Shown here in pieces: positions 1 through 8,054 of a DNA stretch of 27,246 nucleotides. Within the stretch, counting starts at the first letter, position 1. Every line of letters begins with the position of its first letter. The position numbers were made by a program, and so were the translations under genes. The notes under the pieces were generated by a model. The model saw only the letters and a program-made list of their open reading frames with translations. It did not search any database and was not told the DNA's origin. Origin of the DNA: a virus (taxonomy: Duplodnaviria > Caudoviricetes); IMG/VR virus record IMGVR_UViG_3300037518_000341, positions 1 through 27,246 of that record. One strand, given 5' to 3'.

Positions 1-270
1 ATCCAGGACGGTGAGGCGCGGGAGAATCTGATCCTGCAACTGCGGCGCTGGCAGGTCAACCAGGAGGGCGAGGACCTCTGGAAGGCCGCCCACAAGCAGG
101 TGGTGGACGCCAAGAAGAAAATCAAGGCGTTGCTCCCGCTGGACGGGCAGCCCCACCGGTACGTCCTGGACGACTGCGTGATTGAGATCACGGCGGAACG
201 CCCCGGCGGTCACCGGGAGTTCGACGCCAGTTCGCGCCAGGACGTGCGGATCAAACGGGTGCAGGAGTGA
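1..270 (+). CDS. Partial hypothetical protein (5' end outside the window)
   Basis: Frame 1 is open from base 1 (IQDGEARENL...RIKRVQE*) to TGA 268-270, with a GTGA overlap into the next gene. Confidence 0.7.
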   Translation: MQDGEARENLILQLRRWQVNQEGEDLWKAAHKQVVDAKKKIKALLPLDGQPHRYVLDDCVIEITAERPGGHREFDASSRQDVRIKRVQE

Positions 271-626
271 GGCTGGAAAATCCCCAGGCCGCCGTTGCGA
301 GTGCGATGACCGAGGCCGCACTGATGGCGGCGGTTACCGAGTTGGCCCGCGCCCAGGGGTGGCTCGTTTACCACCCCTGGCGCTCGGTCAAGTCAGAAAC
401 GGGATTTCCCGACCTGGTGATGGTCCGCCCGCCCCGGGTGGTTTTCGCCGAGATGAAAACCGAGAAGGGCCGGCTCCGGAAGGGCAGCTGGAACAAGGGC
501 GGCACACGCTATCTGCCGGGGCAGGATGAGTGGCTTGCGACTTTTGGGGAGTGCCCCGGTGTGGAAGTTTTCCTCTGGCGTCCCGCCGACTGGCTGTCGG
601 GCGTAATTGAGCGCATTCTGCGGTAA
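267..626 (+). CDS. VRR-NUC domain (PD-(D/E)xK) nuclease
   Basis: MTEAAL...GW..YH...GFPDLVMVR...FAEMKTEKGRL...Q.EWL...VFLWRPADW is the typical phage VRR-NUC pattern. Confidence 0.85.
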   Translation: MRLENPQAAVASAMTEAALMAAVTELARAQGWLVYHPWRSVKSETGFPDLVMVRPPRVVFAEMKTEKGRLRKGSWNKGGTRYLPGQDEWLATFGECPGVEVFLWRPADWLSGVIERILR

Positions 627-663
627 GTGACAATGGCCGCTTCCATTCCGCATGGGCCTAGGG

Positions 664-752
664 TATAGTGGGCAGAGAAAAGCCCGGCGGCGTTGAAGCG
701 CCCCGGGATTGGCACGATAGGACGTGACTACCGATGCAACTACAGTTTAGCA
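664..752. promoter_or_regulatory. HNH cassette control element, copy 1
   Basis: TATAGT 664-669; A-rich tract; hairpin CCCGG-C-GGCG/TTGAAG/CGCC-CCGGG 683-707; minus-strand TGCTAAACT at 744-752. Confidence 0.75.
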
Positions 753-1270
753 CGCTTCTCACCACCTCCGATACGTCCCTCTGGCAGAGTCCCCTCCTTC
801 CACCCAGATTCTGGAATAAGGTCAACCCTGACGGCCCAATACCCGCGCATTGCCCTGAATTGGGGCCATGCTGGGTGTGGACTGGGAGTTGTCACCGGCA
901 AGGCTACGGGCGATGCAAGGTTGACGGCACGATGGCACGAGCGCACCGGCACACCTACGCAACCCTCATCCAACCCATCCCTGCGGGCCTAGACGTTTGC
1001 CACCACTGCGACAACCCGCCCTGTGTGCGTCCTTCGCATCTGTTTACTGGAACCGATGCCGACAACTCTGCTGACAAGGTGCGGAAGGGGCGGCGCAACG
1101 ATGCACGGGGTGAACGCAATGGGAGTGCCAAGATGACCGCCGCCAAGGTGCTGGAAATGCGCAGGCTGGCCCGCGAGGGAATGACGCAGTGGGCTATTGC
1201 CCGCCGATTTGGGGTGGGCCAATCACAGGTTTCGCGCATCATTCAGCGAAATCTCTGGGCGCATATTTAG
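734..1270 (+). CDS. HNH endonuclease with C-terminal HTH (MQLQF family, copy 1)
   Basis: CWVWTG..GYG..AHRH..VCHHCDNPPCVRPSHL..GT..DN, then RGE.NG.AK and an HTH. Confidence 0.92.
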   Translation: MQLQFSTLLTTSDTSLWQSPLLPPRFWNKVNPDGPIPAHCPELGPCWVWTGSCHRQGYGRCKVDGTMARAHRHTYATLIQPIPAGLDVCHHCDNPPCVRPSHLFTGTDADNSADKVRKGRRNDARGERNGSAKMTAAKVLEMRRLAREGMTQWAIARRFGVGQSQVSRIIQRNLWAHI

Positions 1271-1286
1271 CTAAGGAGGAATAACG

Positions 1287-2099
1287 ATGCGAGAGGAAAT
1301 AGTCGAAATGGTCACTATCGCTTCTGCGACCCTCACAACCAATAGGGAGGGGCAAGAAGCCTGGAAAACGATGGTCGAGATCCCTTCTTTTCACAGCAAA
1401 TATCCGGTGGGGCCGCTCTGGGTACCGGTGACGCAAGGAGCCTACTTGAAGCAAGGGGATCAGGCAAGGGTCAAACTCCGGCGGGGCCGTCAGAAATCCG
1501 GGAGTGCAGGGACCAACGACTGGGATTATTTCTGGGAATGCGAACAATGGGGCACCGAGGAAGCGCCCACAGAAGCCCCCGCGCCCCCCAGTGAGCCGCG
1601 CAGCGGCAACAGCCAGGATGAGTTCCGGCGATCCAAAGAGCAGATGAATTGGATAGAAGCTCTCAACAACGCGACCCACCTGGTGGCTGCTCTGCTGCGG
1701 ATGCCTGATGCTGACGTACATGGATGGCACAACACGGCAGGCGTACAAGCGGAGATACTGGGCTGGGCATCCTGGTTTTTCGACACCATCCTTGCTGGCC
1801 CGCCGGTGGCCGCTGGGGAGCCGGAGCCAGCCCCCGTGCCGCCGGTGGCCCCGGACCCACCGCCGCAACAGGCCCGCGCTGGCACCAGGAAGGCCGCTGA
1901 CGCCCCAGCAGGACCAGACCCGGTCCCAAGTGCGCTGGTGGCCCTAAATGAGGCCAGGAAGGCCGCTGGGGTGTCCGTCCAGCGGCTCAAGGGGGAGGCT
2001 CACGCGCGGTATGGCACCAATGACATCCGGACTCTGGACGCGCGGAGGATTGACGAACTCACGGCGTCCCTGGTCAACGGCGACCTCGGGCCGGGCTGA
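1287..2099 (+). CDS. Hypothetical protein with Pro/Ala-rich linkers
   Basis: Strong SD (AAGGAGG) before ATG 1287; 270 aa; no family recognised. Confidence 0.75.
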   Translation: MREEIVEMVTIASATLTTNREGQEAWKTMVEIPSFHSKYPVGPLWVPVTQGAYLKQGDQARVKLRRGRQKSGSAGTNDWDYFWECEQWGTEEAPTEAPAPPSEPRSGNSQDEFRRSKEQMNWIEALNNATHLVAALLRMPDADVHGWHNTAGVQAEILGWASWFFDTILAGPPVAAGEPEPAPVPPVAPDPPPQQARAGTRKAADAPAGPDPVPSALVALNEARKAAGVSVQRLKGEAHARYGTNDIRTLDARRIDELTASLVNGDLGPG

Positions 2100-2100
2100 T

Positions 2101-2418
2101 ATGCCCTGGAATAGTGGCGACACGCATCTGCCGGACTGCGCCGTGGGCCTGGTGACCCCGGACCGATTGCTCTGCGCCACCGGCTGGCCGCACCGCTGGT
2201 CCGGCTGGCCTGGCGCGTGGTGTCAGGATTGCGGTCTGCCAGACGCGCACGAAATCTGCATCGGACGAGTCTGCGAGTGCCCTTGCCACGAGGCGTTCTG
2301 GGCCGAGTACGCCACGGCAGAGGCGGCTGATGAAAACATGAATTCGTCATCGCCAGAGGCCGATACAGCGGATTTCCCGCAACAGGCGATGGAGGATTTT
2401 CGTCGTGACAACCAGTAG
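2101..2418 (+). CDS. Cys-rich hypothetical protein
   Basis: ATG 2 nt after the upstream stop; HxW..WC.DC..C..C.CPC pattern; start reassigned from 1948. Confidence 0.6.
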   Translation: MPWNSGDTHLPDCAVGLVTPDRLLCATGWPHRWSGWPGAWCQDCGLPDAHEICIGRVCECPCHEAFWAEYATAEAADENMNSSSPEADTADFPQQAMEDFRRDNQ

Positions 2419-2905
2419 ACTGATTTTTGCTTGCCGAAAGTGCAGCACAACCCGGCGGGACCCCGGCCTGTTCTTCGCCCACATCGACCTGGAGAATCAA
2501 CTATCTCGCCTTGTCGATGTTGGCTGGAAGCGGCAGACCACCCTGGAGAGGGCGCTTAGCCTGACGCTCCCGCGCTGGCGATTCTACGATCTGGTCCTGG
2601 CTCCGACGCTTGACGCGCCGCACCACTCGCTGGGGTTCCTGGCGGGCTGTCAGGACCGCCTGCCGCCGGAACTGCTGGCCCGGGTGGACCAGAGATACAC
2701 TCAGCCGGACCACCCCGAGGTCCACCAACCGGTGGAGTGGTGTCATTTCGCGCCGGGCAGCCATCGAGATGGGTCATATCGCCTGGCTCCGTGCGCGATG
2801 TGTCTCGGTGCAGACCTGGGCAAGGTGATTGAGGGGGCGTTCGCTACGCCCAAGGCCGAGGCGGTGGACATGAATATCCCGAACATCCGACGATTGGAGG
2901 GCTGA
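2405..2905 (+). CDS. Hypothetical protein, possibly Zn-binding
   Basis: GGAGG upstream of GTG; CRKC near the N-terminus and CAMC near the C-terminus. Confidence 0.65.
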   Translation: MTTSRLIFACRKCSTTRRDPGLFFAHIDLENQLSRLVDVGWKRQTTLERALSLTLPRWRFYDLVLAPTLDAPHHSLGFLAGCQDRLPPELLARVDQRYTQPDHPEVHQPVEWCHFAPGSHRDGSYRLAPCAMCLGADLGKVIEGAFATPKAEAVDMNIPNIRRLEG

Positions 2906-2908
2906 CCG

Positions 2909-3109
2909 GTGAAACTTACGATTGACCTGGACGAGGAAACCTTTAAGGCTCTGGAGGCGTGTGCTTTGTCCCGGCGGCGCAGCCCAGAATGCCAGGCTGA
3001 GGTATTTATCCGTATCAAACTGGGGCTGCCATACCCATTCCCCCCGGCGCCCGCACCGGCTAAGGGCATTCCGTTGGCGGGGCCGGGGCACTACGATGCG
3101 GGATCGTGA
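2909..3109 (+). CDS. Ribbon-helix-helix (CopG/Arc-like) DNA-binding protein
   Basis: MKLTIDLDEETFKALEACA..RRRS.E.Q...I fits the RHH strand-helix-helix pattern; GGAGG upstream. Confidence 0.65.
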   Translation: MKLTIDLDEETFKALEACALSRRRSPECQAEVFIRIKLGLPYPFPPAPAPAKGIPLAGPGHYDAGS

Positions 3110-3207
3110 TATACTGGCAGCGGCCAAAAAAGAGTCCCGGCGGTGCTTTCAACACCCCGGGACCACGGCACGATAGGAGTTGGCTACCATGCAGTTAGAT
3201 TTTACCA
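3107..3207. promoter_or_regulatory. HNH cassette control element, copy 2
   Basis: TGATATACT 3107-3115; A-tract; hairpin GTCCCGG-C-GGTG/CTTTCAA/CACC-CCGGGAC 3134-3163; AGGAG SD; minus-strand TGGTAAAAT at 3199-3207. Confidence 0.8.
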
Positions 3208-3761
3208 TGCTTCTCACCCCTGACGCCTCCCTCTGGCAAAGTCCCCTTCTCCCACATCGCTTCTGGGCCAAGGTCAACCTCAACGGCCCGCTGCCACCCC
3301 ATTGCCCTGAACTTGGGCCGTGCTGGGTCTGGACGGCGTACTGCAAGCCGAATGGCTACGGTGCATTTAGGTCTTACGGCAGGATGGTCTACACGCATCG
3401 GCTCAGCTATACCTCCCTGGTCGCCCCGATCCCGGAGGGGCAGGATGTTTGCCACCGCTGCGATAATCGCCCCTGCGTTCGCCCGGGCCACCTGTTTGTC
3501 GGGACGAGGGCGGAGAACATGGCAGACTGTGCGCGGAAGGGGCGGGGTGCCGTTGGTGAGCGCAACGGGAGTGTACTTCATCCGGAGCGGGTGCCCCGTG
3601 GTGAGCGCGTCGGGAGTGCCAAGTTGACTACCGCCAAGGTGCTGGAAATGCGCCGCCTGGCCCGCGCGGGCGTCACCCTCAGGGCAATTGCCAGCCGATT
3701 CGGGGTGGACCATACCACGGTCTGGCAAATCGTTCGGCTGAAAAGCTGGGCGCATGTTTGA
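3189..3761 (+). CDS. HNH endonuclease with HTH (MQLQF family, copy 2)
   Basis: Same motifs as copy 1 (VCHRCDNRPCVRPGHL); ATG 3189 chosen by homology and SD. Confidence 0.92.
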   Translation: MQLDFTMLLTPDASLWQSPLLPHRFWAKVNLNGPLPPHCPELGPCWVWTAYCKPNGYGAFRSYGRMVYTHRLSYTSLVAPIPEGQDVCHRCDNRPCVRPGHLFVGTRAENMADCARKGRGAVGERNGSVLHPERVPRGERVGSAKLTTAKVLEMRRLARAGVTLRAIASRFGVDHTTVWQIVRLKSWAHV

Positions 3762-4029
3762 AGGTCCGGAATGGCAATCACTTTGGGGGCAGGGCTGCTT
3801 TTTTTGCTCCTGGGAGCGTCCCGTGGTCCGGCTGTCGCACACCCGGATCTGTTTTTCTTGCCTTGCCCGGAGCTTCCCGGGCTGGCCGGACGAGTGGATT
3901 CAGGACTGGCTACTCCGGCAGGCGGCGGCGCGACTGGCCCAGAACGCACGGATGGAGCGGCGGCAACCCGAGGGGTGGCAGTTGGAGTTGAGATTGCCTG
4001 AGGGGAACCGTGACCCTGTGGTATACTGA
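3754..4029 (+). CDS. Small hypothetical protein with two CxxC motifs
   Basis: Start overlaps the HNH stop; CFFC and CFSC. Confidence 0.5.
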   Translation: MFEGPEWQSLWGQGCFFCSWERPVVRLSHTRICFSCLARSFPGWPDEWIQDWLLRQAAARLAQNARMERRQPEGWQLELRLPEGNRDPVVY

Positions 4030-4033
4030 CCGG

Positions 4034-4309
4034 GTGAGCCGGGGCATCCTGTCAGGTGCCCGTTCCGATATTCAGGAGACGGGTTCCGCCTCCATGCGGG
4101 GGTTCATCGCGGCGGGATTCCGGCCCTTGCCCGGTTACCAACTGCGTTACATCTACTTCCTGAACCCGGCGGCCCGGCCCCGGCTGACGGTACCGGTTAT
4201 CCCGTTTGAACGCATCAAAGCCATTGGCGCGGCGATGTACAAAGGCAAGCGTCCGAAGGATTCCAGCGAACCGGCGGCTATCCATGCCGCAGCCCCTCGG
4301 CAAGCCTAA
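4034..4309 (+). pseudogene. C-terminal fragment of a Mom-like DNA adenine modification protein
   Basis: GYQLRYIYFLNPAARPRLTVPVIPF..I...GA.MYKG resembles, from memory, the C-terminus of Mom-family proteins. No N-terminal catalytic part is visible upstream. TGGTATACT at 4019-4027 precedes GTG 4034. Confidence 0.55.
4249..4290 (+). pseudogene. Truncated 5' half of a tRNA-Gly(TCC)-like element
   Basis: GCGTCCG acceptor strand, short D-like arm, anticodon arm GCGGC-TATCCAT-GCCGC; no T arm or 3' acceptor strand follows. Confidence 0.55.
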
Positions 4310-4328
4310 TTGCGGGGAAGGATGCAAC

Positions 4329-4739
4329 ATGCCCTACAAAGATCGACAAGCCCACCGGGATGCTACAACTAACAGGGTAAGGGAGCGAAAAGCCGTATGG
4401 TTTTTGGCTAATGGTCCATGCAGGGAATGCGGGTCATGGGACCAACTAGAATTAGACCATATTACCCGAGATGAGAAAGAGGATCATCGTGTGTGGGGGT
4501 GGTCTGATGAGCGGCGGATAGTAGAATTGGCAAAATGCCAAGTATTATGCCAATCCTGCCATAGGACAAAGACGAATCGTGAATTAAGCGAGGCTTTTTC
4601 TCAGCCTATAAAACATGGGGCATTATCAGCGTATGATAAGAAAGGGTGCCGCTGTGATTTATGTAAGGCGGTTAAAAGCACGTACCAGCGGAACCATCGG
4701 GGAATAAGGGGAAGGTTTTCGAATGCGTCCGTCGTCTAA
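4329..4739 (+). CDS. HNH endonuclease (CxxC...DH...CxxCH type), lower GC
   Basis: CRECGS..LELDHI...ELAKCQVLCQSCHRTKT and C-terminal HG...Y...GCRCDLC; start reassigned to ATG 4329. Confidence 0.85.
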   Translation: MPYKDRQAHRDATTNRVRERKAVWFLANGPCRECGSWDQLELDHITRDEKEDHRVWGWSDERRIVELAKCQVLCQSCHRTKTNRELSEAFSQPIKHGALSAYDKKGCRCDLCKAVKSTYQRNHRGIRGRFSNASVV

Positions 4740-4796
4740 AGAGGACACCAGTATTCCATGCTGGGGATGGCACTGCGAAGTGACCCGGACGCTCCA
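4725..4796 (+). tRNA. Non-canonical tRNA-Gly(TCC)-like RNA, 72 nt, CCA encoded
   Basis: Acceptor GCGTCCG/CGGACGC, T discriminator, CCA; D stem GTCT/GGAC; anticodon arm CCAGT-ATTCCAT-GCTGG; T arm GGCAC-TGCGAA-GTG(A)CC. Confidence 0.75.
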
Positions 4797-4816
4797 GACA
4801 CTAGACGGTCCCGGCA

Positions 4817-4842
4817 AGCCCCTTGACGGGTCTTCCGGCCTG
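4817..4842. repeat. Late-region imperfect palindrome, copy 1 of 4
   Basis: AGCCCCTTGACGGGTCTTCCGGCCTG upstream of terS. Confidence 0.6.
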
Positions 4843-4874
4843 TTCCCCATGCTAGACCGCATGGCAAAGGTGAA

Positions 4875-5369
4875 GTGATGGCCTCCACAACTGGCGGGCG
4901 ACCCACCAAGCTAACTCCCGAGGTGCAGAGGCGCATCTGCGACGCGGTGTCGGCTGGGAATTATTACGAGCCTGCCTGCCTGTATGCGGGCATTTCCTAT
5001 CAGTCGCTGCGGAATTGGATACAGCGGGGGGAGAAGGCCAAAAGCGGCATCTACTTTGAGTTTCTCGAGGCCCTTACCCGTGCGGAGGCGGAATGCGAGG
5101 TCCGCATGGTCGCCCAGTGGCGCTCGGCGATGCCGACTGACTGGCGGGCCATCAGGGATTTCCTGGAGCGCCGGTACCCAGAACGTTGGGGCCGCAAGGA
5201 GCGGGTGACGGTGGCCGGAGACCCCGAGGCACCGCTGTACATTGCCCCGGTGGAATCGGACGGGAGCGAGTGGGACCACTTGTCGCCCAGCCAACTCGGA
5301 GTGGAGTTCCAGGACACGCTGAATGAGTACCGACGCCTCTACCAATCTGGAGAGTTCACCCCCAGCTAG
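4875..5369 (+). CDS. terS: Terminase small subunit
   Basis: GRPTKLTPEVQRRIC...GNYYE.AC.YAGIS...NW HTH and DWRA...LERRYPERWGR; lies directly before terL. Confidence 0.85.
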   Translation: MMASTTGGRPTKLTPEVQRRICDAVSAGNYYEPACLYAGISYQSLRNWIQRGEKAKSGIYFEFLEALTRAEAECEVRMVAQWRSAMPTDWRAIRDFLERRYPERWGRKERVTVAGDPEAPLYIAPVESDGSEWDHLSPSQLGVEFQDTLNEYRRLYQSGEFTPS

Positions 5370-6963
5370 CCCCTCGACGGGTCTACCGGCTAGCCAGTCG
5401 CCCGATGCGCCTCTAAGCGAGCCCCTCGACGGGTCTCCCGGCGAGTCGCTGGCCCAGGTGCGGGACAAGCTGCGGGGGCTGCACCAGGCCCTCCTGCGGC
5501 GTGACCCGGTGCTCTGGATTGAGAAAAACTATTTCATCAAGGAGACCTCCCGCCCGATTGTCCTTGAGCGGTTCCAGAAGGCCGTCCTCCGTTACGCCCT
5601 CCAACGCAATGAGGATGGCTCATTCCGCTACCAGACCGTGGTGTGGTCCCAACCCAAGAAGAGTGGCAAGACAGCCGTCTCGGGCGCGGTGGGCCGCTGG
5701 GCCGCGGAGACCTGGGGCCGTTACCAGCAGATATTCTGTGTCGGCAACGACGCCAAGCAGGCCCTCGAACGCGCCTTCCAGAGCATCCGGGAATCGATCC
5801 AACTCGACCCACGGTACGATCCGGGGCGGCAGTCCCTCCCCGGCGAGTGGGCGGTGTTGACGACCCGCCTGGATCATCGCTCCGGCTCCCGCATCTCGGC
5901 GGTGGCCACCGACTACCGGGGCGAGGCTGGCTCCAACCCCTCGCTGTCCATCTGGACCGAGCTTTGGGGCTTTTCCAGTCGCGACGCGCTCCGGTTCTGG
6001 GCCGAGATGGCCCCGTCCCCGCTGCGCCTCAACTCCCTCCGATGGGTGGAGACCTACGCTGGCTATGAGGGCGAGAGCGAACTCCTGGAGGAACTCTACG
6101 CCAACATCGTCGTCAACGGGCGGCAGCTGACGGCGGGCGAATTGGGCGACCTGGGTTGCTTCCCCGAATCGCCCAACCCCAACGACCTGGTGCCCTGCTA
6201 CGTGGACGATGCCGCGGGAGCCTTCGCCTATTGGGATGAGGGCGACGTGGCCCGCCGGATGCCCTGGCAGCAGGGACCACGGGGTGAGCAATATTACGCC
6301 AACGAAGCCGCCACCCAGACGCCGAAACAGGTTGACCGGCTCCACCGCAACAAGTGGGTGTCCACCGAGACCAACTTCGTGCCGGTCGAACTCTGGGACG
6401 CCTGCGGGCACCGTCCGCCGCCGCCTTTGCTGCCTGGCGACCAGACCCCGATGGTGGTGGCGCTGGACGCCGCTATCACCGGAGACTGCTTCGGCCTGGT
6501 CGGGGTGACCCGGGACCCGGATAACCCCGACGAAGGGGTGATTGTCCGGGTGGTCCACAAGTGGGAGCCGGACGGTACGCCCCTGGATTTCGAGGCGGTG
6601 GAGCAGGTGGTGAAGCGCCTGGCGGCCAACTACAACGTGGTGCAGTTCGCTTATGACCAGTACCAGCTACACGACTTCAGCACCCGGCTCCGCAAGGCGG
6701 ACGTGGGCTGGTTCAAGGTGTTCTCCCAGGGCGATGACCGGCTGAAGGCCGACAAGCAGTTGTGGGACCTGATCGTGAACCGGCGCGTGCGGCATGATGG
6801 GAACCACGAGTTGCGGGGCCACATCATGAACGCCAACGCCAAGCAGTCGGCCAACGAGGACACCCGGCTGCGGATTGTTAAGAAGTCCGCCAAGCGTCAC
6901 ATCGACCTGGCGGTGTGCCTCAGCATGGCGTCCTATGAGTGTTTGCGCTTATCTCTTTATTGA
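5323..6963 (+). CDS. terL: Terminase large subunit
   Basis: Walker A QPKKSGKT, Walker B-like IWTELW, nuclease VVALDAA...FAYDQYQ...KRHIDLAV. Exact start uncertain. Confidence 0.93.
   Translation: MSTDASTNLESSPPASPSTGLPASQSPDAPLSEPLDGSPGESLAQVRDKLRGLHQALLRRDPVLWIEKNYFIKETSRPIVLERFQKAVLRYALQRNEDGSFRYQTVVWSQPKKSGKTAVSGAVGRWAAETWGRYQQIFCVGNDAKQALERAFQSIRESIQLDPRYDPGRQSLPGEWAVLTTRLDHRSGSRISAVATDYRGEAGSNPSLSIWTELWGFSSRDALRFWAEMAPSPLRLNSLRWVETYAGYEGESELLEELYANIVVNGRQLTAGELGDLGCFPESPNPNDLVPCYVDDAAGAFAYWDEGDVARRMPWQQGPRGEQYYANEAATQTPKQVDRLHRNKWVSTETNFVPVELWDACGHRPPPPLLPGDQTPMVVALDAAITGDCFGLVGVTRDPDNPDEGVIVRVVHKWEPDGTPLDFEAVEQVVKRLAANYNVVQFAYDQYQLHDFSTRLRKADVGWFKVFSQGDDRLKADKQLWDLIVNRRVRHDGNHELRGHIMNANAKQSANEDTRLRIVKKSAKRHIDLAVCLSMASYECLRLSLY
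5368..5445. repeat. Late-region motif, copies 2 and 3 (52-bp spacing)
   Basis: AGCCCCTCGACGGGTCT exact at 5368-5384 and 5420-5436, each followed by nCCGGCnAG. Confidence 0.7.
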
Positions 6964-6968
6964 ATGTG

Positions 6969-6977
6969 TGCTACACT
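6969..6977 (+). promoter_or_regulatory. Extended -10 for a probably leaderless HNH mRNA
   Basis: TGCTACACT, then 7 nt, then ATG 6985. Confidence 0.55.
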
Positions 6978-6984
6978 ACACGCC

Positions 6985-7524
6985 ATGAAAACGTGTAGTG
7001 TAGCAATATGTCCTCACCAAGCTAAGACGAAGGGGTTCTGTAATCCTCACTATCAGCGTCTATGGCGGACGGGAACTGTTAATGCTGAAACCCCAATCAT
7101 GCCCAGAATCATTGGCGATGATGACGCTCGGTTCTGGAGCAAGGTGAACAAAACCGAGACCTGCTGGGAATGGTTGCCCCCAACCATGAAAGGCTACGGG
7201 ATATTCCGCCTTTCTAAGAGAAACATTCTGGCGCATAGGTTTAGCTTCGAGTTATCTGGGAAGATCATTCCTCTGGGATTACAACTGGACCACTTATGCC
7301 GCAATAGAAGATGTGTGCGCCCCGAACATCTGGAAGTTGTGACCAATCGGGAGAACTCTTTGCGGGGTGAAAGCCTCAATGCCCAAAATGCCAGAAAAAC
7401 TACTTGCAAGCGTGGGCACCCCTTTGACGATGTAAATACCTATCGGATGCCGAATGGCAATCGCAATTGTCGTATCTGCCGACATGAGGCTCGTTTACGG
7501 CACTATGTCGCAACCGGCAAGTAG
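6985..7524 (+). CDS. HNH endonuclease with N- and C-terminal Zn-binding motifs, AT-rich
   Basis: CS...C......GFC..HYQR; RFWSKV..CWEW..GYG..AHR..LDHLCRNRRCVRPEHLE.VT.REN; KTTCKRGH..CRIC. Confidence 0.92.
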   Translation: MKTCSVAICPHQAKTKGFCNPHYQRLWRTGTVNAETPIMPRIIGDDDARFWSKVNKTETCWEWLPPTMKGYGIFRLSKRNILAHRFSFELSGKIIPLGLQLDHLCRNRRCVRPEHLEVVTNRENSLRGESLNAQNARKTTCKRGHPFDDVNTYRMPNGNRNCRICRHEARLRHYVATGK

Positions 7525-7565
7525 GTCTTCAAGCTCAGTGGGGCCAGTCAATCTGTGAGGACCTG

Positions 7566-8054
7566 ATGCCAATAGCCTGTTACCGCATCCGCGAGATTAA
7601 GCGGTCGGCGTCCGATGACGGCCTGTACATGGTGGTGGATTTCTGGGACTCCGAGGCGGACCTGACCGGGGGCCAGCCCCCGGCGCTGTCGAACTCATTC
7701 CGCTTCCCTGGCCCCCTGCGGACCACCAAGCTGCAATTCGTGCGGGACCGTGACGGCCTGTACCACCGGCTCAGCGATGACACCTGGGTAACTGAGGAGG
7801 TGGCCGCTGACCTGCTGTCCGCCGAGTTGGAGACGGCGGAGGTGGCGGTTAACCACGTCGCCGTCTTGCACGACGCCATTGCCCGGTACATTGGCCGGGC
7901 GAACCTGCACGGTCAAGGGTCTATCGACACTCTGCATCCGGTGGATGATGAGCCGGACACCGCCGGGGTGGTCCGGCGGCAGGCGGTACAGGATGAGGTG
8001 GGCGTGGGGTACGGGCGGTCAATTGACCGCCCCAACAGTTGGGAGCGGCTGTAA
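7566..8054 (+). CDS. Hypothetical protein
   Basis: GAGG SD, host-like codon use, abuts the next gene. Confidence 0.7.
   Translation: MPIACYRIREIKRSASDDGLYMVVDFWDSEADLTGGQPPALSNSFRFPGPLRTTKLQFVRDRDGLYHRLSDDTWVTEEVAADLLSAELETAEVAVNHVAVLHDAIARYIGRANLHGQGSIDTLHPVDDEPDTAGVVRRQAVQDEVGVGYGRSIDRPNSWERL

Noticed and set aside
182-529. 115-aa ORF and other alternate-frame ORFs over called genes
   Set aside because: They overlap better-supported genes and have low-complexity Arg/Gly/Pro composition.
664-733. Cassette leader as HEARO/omegaRNA (IscB-type guide system)
   Set aside because: The element is only ~70 nt and the proteins lack RuvC motifs; no guide or target match was seen.
734-748. MQLQF/MQLDF as a beta-clamp-binding motif
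   Set aside because: One residue short of QL[S/D]LF; the conservation is better explained by the embedded antisense -10.
4817-5445. Repeats as a CRISPR array
   Set aside because: Too few, irregularly spaced, and no cas genes in the window.
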